Shown here: positions 47,590 through 57,035 of the stretch, piece by piece
How positions within the stretch are numbered: position 1 is the first letter of the stretch
Layout: each line of letters begins with the position of its first letter
Source of the DNA: a virus
Lineage: Duplodnaviria; Caudoviricetes
Virus record (IMG/VR): IMGVR_UViG_3300021133_000001
Span: 1-64,000 of that record
DNA: 64,000 nucleotides
Strand: one strand, 5' to 3'
Translations under genes and position numbers: made by a program
Notes under the pieces: model-generated
What the model was told of the DNA's origin: nothing
The model's database searches: none
Seen by the model: only the letters and a program-made list of their open reading frames with translations

Positions 47590-48333
47590 ATGAAACACCT
47601 TACTAAAACTATAGCTATATTCCTACTAATCGGATTAGCACGCGCGTTTGGGCAAAACGCTTTATATGTACAACAGATTTCAACTTCAGCCATTGTCAAT
47701 GTCTTACAAGCCGGTGGCGCTAACCGTATTGGTAGCTCTGGTTTGAACTCTATTTTTAACGGTGATACAGCTTTTATAGACATTAAGCAGGTAGGTAATG
47801 GTAATGCTCTTGATTTTAATTTTACAAGTGCATCAAATACTAACTTAAAAATATATAATACCGGAGACAGCAACACTCAAGGTCTATATATTAATGGTGG
47901 TAGTAACACGTTTGATTTAGAGTTTACCGGTTCAAGCAATACTATGGTATTTAATAGTGATGCAAGTAACTCTGGTACAACACAGGCTAATGTCTCCCAC
48001 GGTACCTATACATTTACAGTTGGTGGTAATAGTAATGCGTTTAATATCGGTACTGATACTGGAACATATAACTCTTTAAACTACACAGTTGCTGGTAATA
48101 GTAACGTATTTAACATTTTACAAGACGGAGCAGTAAGTGGTACTTCAGGTCACAATCAAACAGTGATAGTTGATGGTAGTAGCAATAATGTGTATATTAA
48201 TCAGAACGGTACAAGTGCTAATAGCTTATACTACAAGTTAACAGGCTCAAGTACCAATACTTCTATTACACAAGGACCTACAGGTACAACACCACTTAAT
48301 ATCGCTACTACTGCTGGTATCACGCATCCTTAA
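47590..48333 (+). CDS. Curlin-like exported beta-repeat protein
   Basis: Signal peptide; QxGxxN and GxSN repeats; follows csgG. Confidence 0.7.
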   Translation: MKHLTKTIAIFLLIGLARAFGQNALYVQQISTSAIVNVLQAGGANRIGSSGLNSIFNGDTAFIDIKQVGNGNALDFNFTSASNTNLKIYNTGDSNTQGLYINGGSNTFDLEFTGSSNTMVFNSDASNSGTTQANVSHGTYTFTVGGNSNAFNIGTDTGTYNSLNYTVAGNSNVFNILQDGAVSGTSGHNQTVIVDGSSNNVYINQNGTSANSLYYKLTGSSTNTSITQGPTGTTPLNIATTAGITHP

Positions 48334-48338
48334 TATGT

Positions 48339-49313
48339 ATGAAAAAGAGTGAAAAGCTTTTATTCACTCTTCTTGTCATTTTAATTTTTTTGCTATGGTG
48401 TAGCCTCGTATATGGTTCAGCTGGACAGGTAACAGAGATAACCGGCCCCACTCAAATTACGAGAGGGTCGGATAAAATTATAGCTGCTCTTAAAACCGGT
48501 ATTGAAAGTAATGATCGGGTAGAGACACTCAACAGTAAGACCGGTATTACCTTTGCGGATGAAACTCACGTTACAATAAGTGAACATAGTAAATTACTGG
48601 TGGACGATTTTGTGTATGATCCTAAAAGTAGTTCAGGTAAAATAGGATTAAAAGCACCTCTCGGTACAGTTAGATACTTTTCTGGTAAAATAGCGCACAA
48701 TAATCATAACAACGTAAATGTGCAAACGCCTACAGCGAGTATAGCTGTTCGTGGTACTGACTTCTCTATGACTGTAGATGAAATGGGTAAGAGTTTAGTT
48801 ATTTTATTACCAACTAAGATAGGCAATCGTTATGTGGTTGGTAAGATTGATGTTACTACAATGGCTGGTACTGTTACTTTAGATAAAGCATTTGAAGGTA
48901 CATTTGTTAGTACTAACTTTACAATGCCCACACCCCCCACTATATTCAGATTAGATGAAGGTGGTGTTAATAATAACCTGTTACTGGACTCTCCTAAATC
49001 AGCTGCTTCAGAAGCTGCTGAAAAAGCTGATAAAGCTGCAGCAGAACAACAGCTACAACAGGCTGCAGCGGTGGCACAGTTATATGCTACTGCTCAGGCT
49101 ATACAAAAAATTGATAGCGCTACATTTGTATTTAAACAAGACGATGCAGACGCTTCTAAAAATAAGCTTAAGAGTAACTTTAAAGGCAATGTAATAAACA
49201 TTATTATACCGAATGGAGAAAACGTTACTGTTAACTATGTTTATCAGGGCGGCAAAGTATCAGCTAAGAATGGTACTGGCACCGGGGTAATAATGAATAT
49301 CGAGCAAAGGTAG
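48339..49313 (+). CDS. FecR-domain protein
   Basis: N-terminal TM, ITFAD.T.V.I.E.S, TPTASIAVRGTDF. Confidence 0.88.
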   Translation: MKKSEKLLFTLLVILIFLLWCSLVYGSAGQVTEITGPTQITRGSDKIIAALKTGIESNDRVETLNSKTGITFADETHVTISEHSKLLVDDFVYDPKSSSGKIGLKAPLGTVRYFSGKIAHNNHNNVNVQTPTASIAVRGTDFSMTVDEMGKSLVILLPTKIGNRYVVGKIDVTTMAGTVTLDKAFEGTFVSTNFTMPTPPTIFRLDEGGVNNNLLLDSPKSAASEAAEKADKAAAEQQLQQAAAVAQLYATAQAIQKIDSATFVFKQDDADASKNKLKSNFKGNVINIIIPNGENVTVNYVYQGGKVSAKNGTGTGVIMNIEQR

Positions 49314-49359
49314 TTATCTTAAACGTTTACTCTTAACGAACAAGTTCTGTAGATAATAG

Positions 49360-49440
49360 TTAATCTCTTGGTAGGTATTTTATTAAAGCTGCTATAATTA
49401 AAGCAACTACTACTAATGCTACTATATAAGAAACAACCAT
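49360..49440 (-). CDS. 26-aa membrane peptide (MVVSYIVALVVVALIIAALIKYLPRD)
   Basis: Translated by hand; abuts the upstream gene. Confidence 0.45.
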   Translation of the reverse strand: MVVSYIVALVVVALIIAALIKYLPRD

Positions 49441-49441
49441 A

Positions 49442-49675
49442 TTAGTTTTCTAACGTTTGTTTAAGTTCTTTGGAAAGTTTATCGTACTTTAATGATTGTA
49501 GTTGTACTGTAACACACCAAGTATTCATTGCTATACATAGTACATCAAAAAACAGATCAAAGTAGCTATGTTGTATTATATGATATATACCAAATGCAAT
49601 ATAACTAACTACTATAACCGAACTAACAGCTATAAGCGCATATACAAAATTACGAAACGTAAAGATCATATTCAT
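49442..49675 (-). CDS. Small two-TM membrane protein inserted antisense in the cluster
   Basis: Two hydrophobic segments; own sigma70-like promoter. Confidence 0.65.
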   Translation of the reverse strand: MNMIFTFRNFVYALIAVSSVIVVSYIAFGIYHIIQHSYFDLFFDVLCIAMNTWCVTVQLQSLKYDKLSKELKQTLEN

Positions 49676-49721
49676 ACAAGTATTATCAGGTATTCTATAT
49701 AAAAATCAACTAAATAAGTTA

Positions 49722-51776
49722 ATGAAGCACACGTATAAAATACTGCTTACTGGGTTAGCTATCCTTGCCAGTCTTGTAGTATTAAGAATAAAGGACCCAT
49801 TCTTTATTGAAACAGCCCGCTTAAAAGGATTAGATTACTATCAAAGGCAACAAAGTAAAGTAAAAAGTAATAATATTGTTGTAGTAACCATAGACGAGGC
49901 GTCGTTAGACAGGTTTGGCCAGTTCCCCTGGTCCAGAGCAGTATTAAGCGAAGGTTTGGAAAAAGCATTTAATAGTGGTGCGCAAGTTGTAGTTATGCCT
50001 ATTCTATTTTCTGAAAAAGATAGATTAGGTGGTGATACTATATTTAATATGACTTTGCAGAAATATCCAGTAATAACTGCACAATCAGCTGCACAAAAAG
50101 GCAAAGGACAGCCTGTACCAAGAGGCTTGGCTACTATAGGTGACGGGTTAGGAGATTGGTTGTTTACGTACCCTGCTGCTATTGGTCCTACTAAAGAAAT
50201 AGGGCAATCATCTGCCGGGGTCGGTATGTTACTAACTACCCCTGAACTTGATGCTGTTACAAGACGTTTACCTTTAGTGGTTAAAGTAAAGGGAGAGGTA
50301 TACCCCACTATACCTTTAGAAGCATTGCGTTTATTTGGTGGTGAAGAGTCTTATCAAGCTAAAGTAGATGAAGCAGGAGTACAAGCTATTAGAGTTAAAG
50401 GTACCCCGCCTATTACTACTGATGCTAATGGTAGAGTGTGGATAAACTTTAAATATACATTTGATTCGGTTTCATTTGCAGATGCTAACTGGTCTATTGT
50501 TAAAGATAAGATAGTATTCATTGCCTTAACCGCAGAAGGCCTAAATAATACTGTAGCTACTCCTGTTGGTATTTCACAAGGATACGAGATATCTGCTCAA
50601 ACCTTGCAAATGTTAATAGATAATAGCAGATTACAAAGACCTTCAACATTCGATCTATATGAACTTACAGGTGGTGTTATACTTGCTATTATTCTTATTG
50701 TTGCTGCTTGTTATTTGGGGTATATCCTAAATGGTATACTAATCACTACATTTTTATGTGTACCTTATTTTATTGGATCTCGTTTATTTGTTAATCACGG
50801 ATATCTTACGGATTATACCTGGCCTACCTTAGCGGTATTATTACCCTGGGTAGGTGCTATATTCTTTAGATTTGTAATGGAGTTTAAGTTAAAGCAGCAG
50901 ATCAAGAAGCAATTTGGTACTTATTTAAGTGCAGCATTAGTAGAGAAACTACAAAAAAATCCAGGTTTGTTAAAGCTTGGTGGAGATGAAAGAGAGTTAT
51001 CTATTATGTTTACTGATGTAAGAGGCTTCACAACTATATCAGAGCATTATGGTAAAGACGTACAAGGTCTGACAATGATAATGAATCGTTATATGACTGC
51101 TATGACTCAAGCCATATTAGATAACGACGGTACCCTCGACAAATATATTGGTGACGCACAAATGGCTTTCTGGAACGCTCCTTTAGATGATCCAGATCAT
51201 GCTCGTAATGCTGTTAAGACTGCTATGCAAATGCTAAAGAGACTTGACACGTTTAATGAAGAAATAACTAAAGAAGGTATACCAGCATTTGGTATGGGTT
51301 TAGGTATTAATACAGCTTCTGTAGTAGTAGGTAATATGGGTAGTACTCAGCGATTTGACTATACTTGCTTAGGTGATGGTGTTAATTTGGCTTCTCGTCT
51401 AGAAGGACAATCAAAACCATACGGGGTACGTATTATTGTTGGACCAGTAACACACGAGTACGTAAAGAATGACTACCAATGTTTTGAGCTTGATTGTATA
51501 GCAGTTAAGGGTAAAAAAGAAGGTGTTAGAATTTACACTATATTAGAAAATAGCTTAATCGAGATGGTTACAGAAGTAAACAGAATGCATGAAGCATTCT
51601 TAATAGATTATAGAACTCAAAAATGGGATGAAGCTGTACAACTAGCTACAGCATTAAAGAAGTATAATCCTGAACTTAAAAAATACTACGAGGCTATGCT
51701 AGAGAGAATAAAAGAGCTCCAAGGAGCTAACCTTGGAGCTGATTGGGACGGAGTTTATAGAGCTACGTCGAAATAA
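49722..51776 (+). CDS. CHASE2-domain class III adenylate cyclase
   Basis: IDEASL..GQFPWSR (CHASE2), 3 TM, FTDVRGFT, DKYIGDA, YTCLGDGVNLASRLE. Confidence 0.95.
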   Translation: MKHTYKILLTGLAILASLVVLRIKDPFFIETARLKGLDYYQRQQSKVKSNNIVVVTIDEASLDRFGQFPWSRAVLSEGLEKAFNSGAQVVVMPILFSEKDRLGGDTIFNMTLQKYPVITAQSAAQKGKGQPVPRGLATIGDGLGDWLFTYPAAIGPTKEIGQSSAGVGMLLTTPELDAVTRRLPLVVKVKGEVYPTIPLEALRLFGGEESYQAKVDEAGVQAIRVKGTPPITTDANGRVWINFKYTFDSVSFADANWSIVKDKIVFIALTAEGLNNTVATPVGISQGYEISAQTLQMLIDNSRLQRPSTFDLYELTGGVILAIILIVAACYLGYILNGILITTFLCVPYFIGSRLFVNHGYLTDYTWPTLAVLLPWVGAIFFRFVMEFKLKQQIKKQFGTYLSAALVEKLQKNPGLLKLGGDERELSIMFTDVRGFTTISEHYGKDVQGLTMIMNRYMTAMTQAILDNDGTLDKYIGDAQMAFWNAPLDDPDHARNAVKTAMQMLKRLDTFNEEITKEGIPAFGMGLGINTASVVVGNMGSTQRFDYTCLGDGVNLASRLEGQSKPYGVRIIVGPVTHEYVKNDYQCFELDCIAVKGKKEGVRIYTILENSLIEMVTEVNRMHEAFLIDYRTQKWDEAVQLATALKKYNPELKKYYEAMLERIKELQGANLGADWDGVYRATSK

Positions 51777-51777
51777 C

Positions 51778-52476
51778 TTAGTAACCTAAGAGATACTTGC
51801 GGCGCTTTGTTGGGCCTTCTACTTTATAACCTACTGGGGTTAATGTGACAGCTTGTGCGCCGCCACCGTTACTACCTGTAGCAGGTACTGTAAATTCAAA
51901 GCAAGAATAATCATGCTTTTGTAAATACATTTTGTGAGCTACTGGAGACGAAAATGTTACTGTAGCAGAACCTGGGTTAGCATAACCTGAACCTGTGTTA
52001 GTGATTTGTACGCCAATAATGTTACCGTTACCAACAATAGGCACACCAGTTGCGCGATTTGAACCGGATTGTGGAGCTGAGAAAGTACAAGTTACTGCAC
52101 CATCATTACCTGGACCCCAATAACCTAATCCACCATTCGTGATTACAACACCGCTAATGCTTTGTGTATATGTACCACCCGCTTGATAGGATACTGTACC
52201 GGTTGCTGTAGTGCATTGATAAGCACCGTCAACAAATATGGAACCTGTACCAGATGAAAGACCTTCTACGCCGGTATTATTAGCCGTATTCACGTAATTT
52301 AAAGTAAAGTTTGCTTGTGCACTACCTGTACCAGATAAACTGTTAGAGACACTAGGAATTACGTTAAAAAGTATAGCAGCTCTGTTATCGCTGATATTGC
52401 AATCAATACCTTGATATGTAGTAGGATCGTTGCCAACTTGATTTTGTGTTACTTGAGAATTGAAGTAGGTAGCCAT
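51778..52476 (-). CDS. Putative virion structural (tail/baseplate-type) protein
   Basis: ITNGGLGY and ITNTGSGY repeats, Gly/Thr-rich; TAAATA upstream. Confidence 0.6.
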   Translation of the reverse strand: MATYFNSQVTQNQVGNDPTTYQGIDCNISDNRAAILFNVIPSVSNSLSGTGSAQANFTLNYVNTANNTGVEGLSSGTGSIFVDGAYQCTTATGTVSYQAGGTYTQSISGVVITNGGLGYWGPGNDGAVTCTFSAPQSGSNRATGVPIVGNGNIIGVQITNTGSGYANPGSATVTFSSPVAHKMYLQKHDYSCFEFTVPATGSNGGGAQAVTLTPVGYKVEGPTKRRKYLLGY

Positions 52477-52503
52477 ATATGTTATTATTTAGTAATTTTT
52501 GAC

Positions 52504-52803
52504 TCAAAAACCTGTATCGTTATATTTACCAAGCATATTACCCATAGGTTCGTCTTCTTCTTTAGCTACTTGTGTCTGTTGGTTTAATAAATTAGCTGCA
52601 GCTTGTTTAATATTGCTATCTGTAGAATTAACTAATGAAAGTAGTAAAGCGTTAAAAGCAGTAGATAAATCCTTACTCTCCAAGGGGTTATTGCCTTGTG
52701 CGACTATCAGTTCTTTTACTTTTGCAAGTAAACTAGCAGTGTCATTACTTTCTTTAACAAGAATAGAGTGATATTTTTCAATAAGGAGTTTATCTGAACG
52801 CAT
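52504..52803 (-). CDS. Late hypothetical protein with LLIEKY N-terminus
   Basis: TAAGTA upstream. Confidence 0.7.
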   Translation of the reverse strand: MRSDKLLIEKYHSILVKESNDTASLLAKVKELIVAQGNNPLESKDLSTAFNALLLSLVNSTDSNIKQAAANLLNQQTQVAKEEDEPMGNMLGKYNDTGF

Positions 52804-52811
52804 TATTATAC

Positions 52812-53441
52812 TTATTCTTCTGAAGTCAAAGCTTCTGCTAACGTAAACATTCCTTTAACATGCGTTCTTTCATTAACTAATTCTAACTTAATATATGTAG
52901 GTTGGTTCTTTATTATTGATTCCATTAATTCCCCTGTAATCTCTACTTCATCTAATGTGTAAAAGAGCTTAAATGCGTTTATTGTTTGCTCAATATTGTA
53001 ACGGATACTATCTTCTTCTTGTTTTTGTGCTTCTATCTGCTCTCTAGTTTTATAAGGTACTACTCTCCACTCACTGTAAAAATAAAATTTTATCTCTATA
53101 GGTGCACCTGGTTCAGCGGCACTATCACTAAAACTAAAGGCCTGGCCAGGTTTTATAAACTTCGGTATCATATTTTTTTTTAAACATTTATCAATAAGTT
53201 CTCTAGCTGTTACACCTGGCACAAGGTTAAAACTAGTACCTGAACTACGTTCAATAGCTATAGCACAACAATTTAAATGTTCAACGTTAAGTATGCCTTT
53301 TATACGACTGGCACCGGCATATCTAAAAGATGCTACTGGAGATGTCCTATACTTATTATATGATAGGAACCCTTCGTAGCTAAAGCCTTCTGGGTCATTA
53401 AACTGGTCTTGTAATTCTTTTACGTTAATCGGTTCTTTCAT
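52812..53441 (-). CDS. Hypothetical protein
   Basis: ORF track. Confidence 0.7.
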   Translation of the reverse strand: MKEPINVKELQDQFNDPEGFSYEGFLSYNKYRTSPVASFRYAGASRIKGILNVEHLNCCAIAIERSSGTSFNLVPGVTARELIDKCLKKNMIPKFIKPGQAFSFSDSAAEPGAPIEIKFYFYSEWRVVPYKTREQIEAQKQEEDSIRYNIEQTINAFKLFYTLDEVEITGELMESIIKNQPTYIKLELVNERTHVKGMFTLAEALTSEE

Positions 53442-53442
53442 A

Positions 53443-54954
53443 TTATGGATACTGGTCTTTACAATCTAAATAAAATCTTGTCATTTCTGGGAACACACTT
53501 AAAAAGCTTGTACCACGACGAGAATCACACTCATCAATAAACTGGTGAAACGCTCTACGTATTACTGCAATGTCTGAACGACCAATACCTTCTACAATAG
53601 CTTTTTTCATTACTTCTAATACACGTTCCATTTCTTGTGCACAAAGTTCTGGAAAACCAGGCTTAGTAACTCTATAACCACCAGGTATGTGTACATCTAC
53701 TTCAACTTTGCGTATACGCTCGTTCATATACTGTACACACTCTTCCATATAGCGTAAATAATCTTCAGTTAATATCCAAGCACTCATATACTCAGGTTGT
53801 CTAAGATATGGTATACTAATAACTAAAGGTTGCACTCTATCAAGCGATCTAGTATGTTTCTCAATTAAATAGTAACTGTCTGTTAAAAAGTCTTTAAACG
53901 AAGTAACAGACATTGCATTATATGTGCACATGAATACCATTTCTACTTTAGGGCATTCAGTGAATATACGATCAACGTTTTCATACCAAGTTTTATAATT
54001 CAAGCCTGCACGTATATATTCACCTCTCTTACCATAAGCTTCACCACTTGTATAAACTGTAATACGTTTAGCAGCGTTTGCTTCTGCAATTCTGTTTAGA
54101 TATGTTATAAGCTTATCTATATAGAGTTTAGGTGCACCTAAGTTAGTATTAACACTGAACATCATCTCAGGTTGAGGATGTTCAATAAAGTAATCCATCA
54201 ACTTAAATGTGTTTTTACTGAGTAGTGGTTCTCCACCGGTTAATCTTAATTCTCGTAATTCTCCACTAGCTATAATACCAGGAAACCATTCCCAAAAAGC
54301 CTTAATGTAAGGGTTACTATCTTCATCTTCAATTGGTAACCTAGACTCCATTTCTAACTGCTTTAGAGAGTTAGTTATAAATGCACCAGCGTGTATGGAA
54401 CCGTGTTCTCTAATTTCTTTCGTCCAGGTAGACGAATAAGCTGGTGTACAATACAAACACTTAAAGTTACACGCATTTGAAAAGTCTAATTCTAAAGACT
54501 TCGGTATAATATCTACATCCCAAGGCATCTGAGGTACTGTATTAATACGATCATCATTCCAAGATGTAGCACTCTTTCTTACCCTATCACTAAACAAATT
54601 CGGGTTATTTAAATCTTCAATACGCCAACAAAAATTACACTCTTCCGGACGCTTACCCTCAAGCATCATTTTACGTTTTTCTTTTTTATCGTTAGTATTG
54701 TGTAAAGCAGAAACGTTCTTCTTAAGCTCGTCTAACGGTATCTTGTGTGGTGGACAATGATGACAGCTATGAGTGGTACCGTTAGTAAGGTGTATAGTTA
54801 CTTGATTCCATTTAGCTAAACAAAAGCTTGTACTAGTGGCATCTAGTTTGTCTTTTACAGCTTGGAGTCTCTGTACAGCATTAGCTGCTTCAGCATTCAA
54901 TGGCTTACCATCAGCTGATTTGGGTGAAATCTTGTTCTCGGTGTCTGTAGACAT
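53443..54954 (-). CDS. Radical SAM protein, subtype 3
   Basis: CLAKW..HSCHHC..CNFCW; CNFKCLYC; LTGGEPL. Confidence 0.92.
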   Translation of the reverse strand: MSTDTENKISPKSADGKPLNAEAANAVQRLQAVKDKLDATSTSFCLAKWNQVTIHLTNGTTHSCHHCPPHKIPLDELKKNVSALHNTNDKKEKRKMMLEGKRPEECNFCWRIEDLNNPNLFSDRVRKSATSWNDDRINTVPQMPWDVDIIPKSLELDFSNACNFKCLYCTPAYSSTWTKEIREHGSIHAGAFITNSLKQLEMESRLPIEDEDSNPYIKAFWEWFPGIIASGELRELRLTGGEPLLSKNTFKLMDYFIEHPQPEMMFSVNTNLGAPKLYIDKLITYLNRIAEANAAKRITVYTSGEAYGKRGEYIRAGLNYKTWYENVDRIFTECPKVEMVFMCTYNAMSVTSFKDFLTDSYYLIEKHTRSLDRVQPLVISIPYLRQPEYMSAWILTEDYLRYMEECVQYMNERIRKVEVDVHIPGGYRVTKPGFPELCAQEMERVLEVMKKAIVEGIGRSDIAVIRRAFHQFIDECDSRRGTSFLSVFPEMTRFYLDCKDQYP

Positions 54955-54965
54955 ATATTAATTTA

Positions 54966-55085
54966 CTAGTCGTATATGTGTTTATCCAGCTTGTTACTCT
55001 CTATAGCAAGCTTAATCATACGCTTTCTTTGCCATTTTTTATACCAGGATTTTACTGTTTTAAATAAGTTTTTTATTAAAGTCAT
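54966..55085 (-). CDS. 39-aa basic peptide ending LDKHIYD, resembling 34286-34402
   Basis: Translated by hand. Confidence 0.5.
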   Translation of the reverse strand: MTLIKNLFKTVKSWYKKWQRKRMIKLAIESNKLDKHIYD

Positions 55086-56070
55086 ATGTTTTGTATAGGT
55101 TGTAATAAGCTTCAGCTAGTTCATTCATATAGCTAAGTCCAGCATGTGTACCGTCCCTAGCTCTATCGTCTTTTCTTACTTTTATTATCTTTAGTCCTTC
55201 ATCTTCTAACATTGTATTAGATGTAAAGAATTTTTCAATAGTTTCTTTCTTTAATTTAAAGAATGTTTCATCCCAAATATACCACATCCATTTTATGTTT
55301 CTGGATTCAAGTGTTTCTTTAATAAGAGTAAAGGCTGTAACCATTTCGTAAAAACTATGCATACATGAAGTATAGTCATAATACTGTATATCCTTAGCTT
55401 TCGGATCGTTATGATAATCATCACACTTATATCTTCCGTTTCTAGTAGCTTCTATATCAGGTTCTGTGTTTATGTTATACGAGGTATTTCTAGTTATTAA
55501 ACCATCATCAATATTACCTATATATTCTTTTCTAAAAATCATCGGAAAGTCAAACACCACTAAATCAGGATAATCTTCTTTTTTAAGAGTGCTTATAATT
55601 TGATAACACACTCGCGCAATAGTATCTATACCAACCCCGCCTATTCCGTAGTTTTTTAAGTTCCACTTACCTAATTTATTAGCTAATAAATACGGCCACG
55701 TGTGTTCGTCAGGTAAAGAAACACCAAACGTAAAACTACAACCGAATGTAAAGAGTTTACGAGGATCTTCAGGTTTATAGTTAGGATACTCTCTAAAGCA
55801 ATTCTCGCCAAATGTGTAAAGTATTTTTGTATCTAGATATGTAGGAGTTACAGCTGGACCTTCATGAGTCAGTCGTTCTATTTGTTTGTTTCTATTTTTC
55901 AACCCGTCTGTTGGTGCAAGCGGAAATGTTCTAGGATCCCAAATAGTAGAAATAATCCTATCCCAATCACTACTAGGTTTAATATGTAGTAGATCAGATT
56001 CCGGTAAAGACATTCTCGCACATTTATTAATAAGCGGTGCTCTATTTAATTCTGCTCTGAAATCTTTCAT
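55060..56070 (-). CDS. SGNH-like protein
   Basis: FGCSFTFG, TWPYLL, NYGIGG, RARDGTHAG. Confidence 0.75.
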   Translation of the reverse strand: MKDFRAELNRAPLINKCARMSLPESDLLHIKPSSDWDRIISTIWDPRTFPLAPTDGLKNRNKQIERLTHEGPAVTPTYLDTKILYTFGENCFREYPNYKPEDPRKLFTFGCSFTFGVSLPDEHTWPYLLANKLGKWNLKNYGIGGVGIDTIARVCYQIISTLKKEDYPDLVVFDFPMIFRKEYIGNIDDGLITRNTSYNINTEPDIEATRNGRYKCDDYHNDPKAKDIQYYDYTSCMHSFYEMVTAFTLIKETLESRNIKWMWYIWDETFFKLKKETIEKFFTSNTMLEDEGLKIIKVRKDDRARDGTHAGLSYMNELAEAYYNLYKTYDFNKKLI

Positions 56071-57035
56071 TGTTTTAAATAAAGTTTGGCAAAACCGTTT
56101 GCAATTTGCTCCATAGGCTCAAAACCAAAATGACTACTATCACGAGATTTTCTATCTGTATGTTTCAATACCATTAAGCCATCTCCATCCATTAGTGTAT
56201 TGTTCGTGGTTAAATACTTTTCCAGAGCAGGTTTTTCAAGTTGACAGTAGTTGAAAGACCATGAATACCAGTACCATGGTAAATTACGAGCATTACAACT
56301 TTCTCTTATAATATTAAAAAAACGTAAACCATGCATAAATGCCTCTACCATAGAGGTATACGCATAATGTTTTAATCTAACATGAGCAGAATTGTAAGAA
56401 CGGTATACTGGTCCTATTTTTATATTTTCTCCTACCGGATGTTTATAAAAATTATCTCTCTCCTCATCGTATGTAGTTAAGAAGTTATAGTTATATATTA
56501 TACTCGTTTCTATAGGCTTACTTTCAATATTACCTAGATAATAATCTCTCATTATTTCGGGCAATAAAAAGAAAACTGCATCAGGATAATCTTCTTTAGG
56601 TGTAGTAGTAATGACTTGATAAAAAATTTCAGTCATCGCTTGTATAGAAACACCCTGTTTACCAAAGTTATACACTTCCCATTCAGGTCCTAATTTTTTA
56701 GCTAATAGATATGGCCAGGTATGCTCATCTGGTAAACCGTGTCCTAAGGTAAAACTACAGCCAAAACAATATAGCTTTTTAGTTTTTTTATCAGTAGTAT
56801 TTTTTATTCCAGGGTAGTATCTGTAACCATCTTTATTTATATGGTATTTTATTTCTACATCTTTATATACGGGATTAACATTTTGCTTGTTTTCATTAGG
56901 CATCCAGTCTAATACTACGTCATTACCTAAATAGGTTTGCACTGGAAAACAATTAGTCCAGTGCAAACCATAAAACGAAATATTATCTTCTAAGATTTTA
57001 TTAAAGTCTTTTCGTTCTCTAACTAGACTTTCCAT
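56067..57035 (-). CDS. SGNH-like protein, tandem paralog
   Basis: FGCSFTLG, TWPYLL, NFGKQG, SRDSSHFG. Confidence 0.75.
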   Translation of the reverse strand: MESLVRERKDFNKILEDNISFYGLHWTNCFPVQTYLGNDVVLDWMPNENKQNVNPVYKDVEIKYHINKDGYRYYPGIKNTTDKKTKKLYCFGCSFTLGHGLPDEHTWPYLLAKKLGPEWEVYNFGKQGVSIQAMTEIFYQVITTTPKEDYPDAVFFLLPEIMRDYYLGNIESKPIETSIIYNYNFLTTYDEERDNFYKHPVGENIKIGPVYRSYNSAHVRLKHYAYTSMVEAFMHGLRFFNIIRESCNARNLPWYWYSWSFNYCQLEKPALEKYLTTNNTLMDGDGLMVLKHTDRKSRDSSHFGFEPMEQIANGFAKLYLKQ

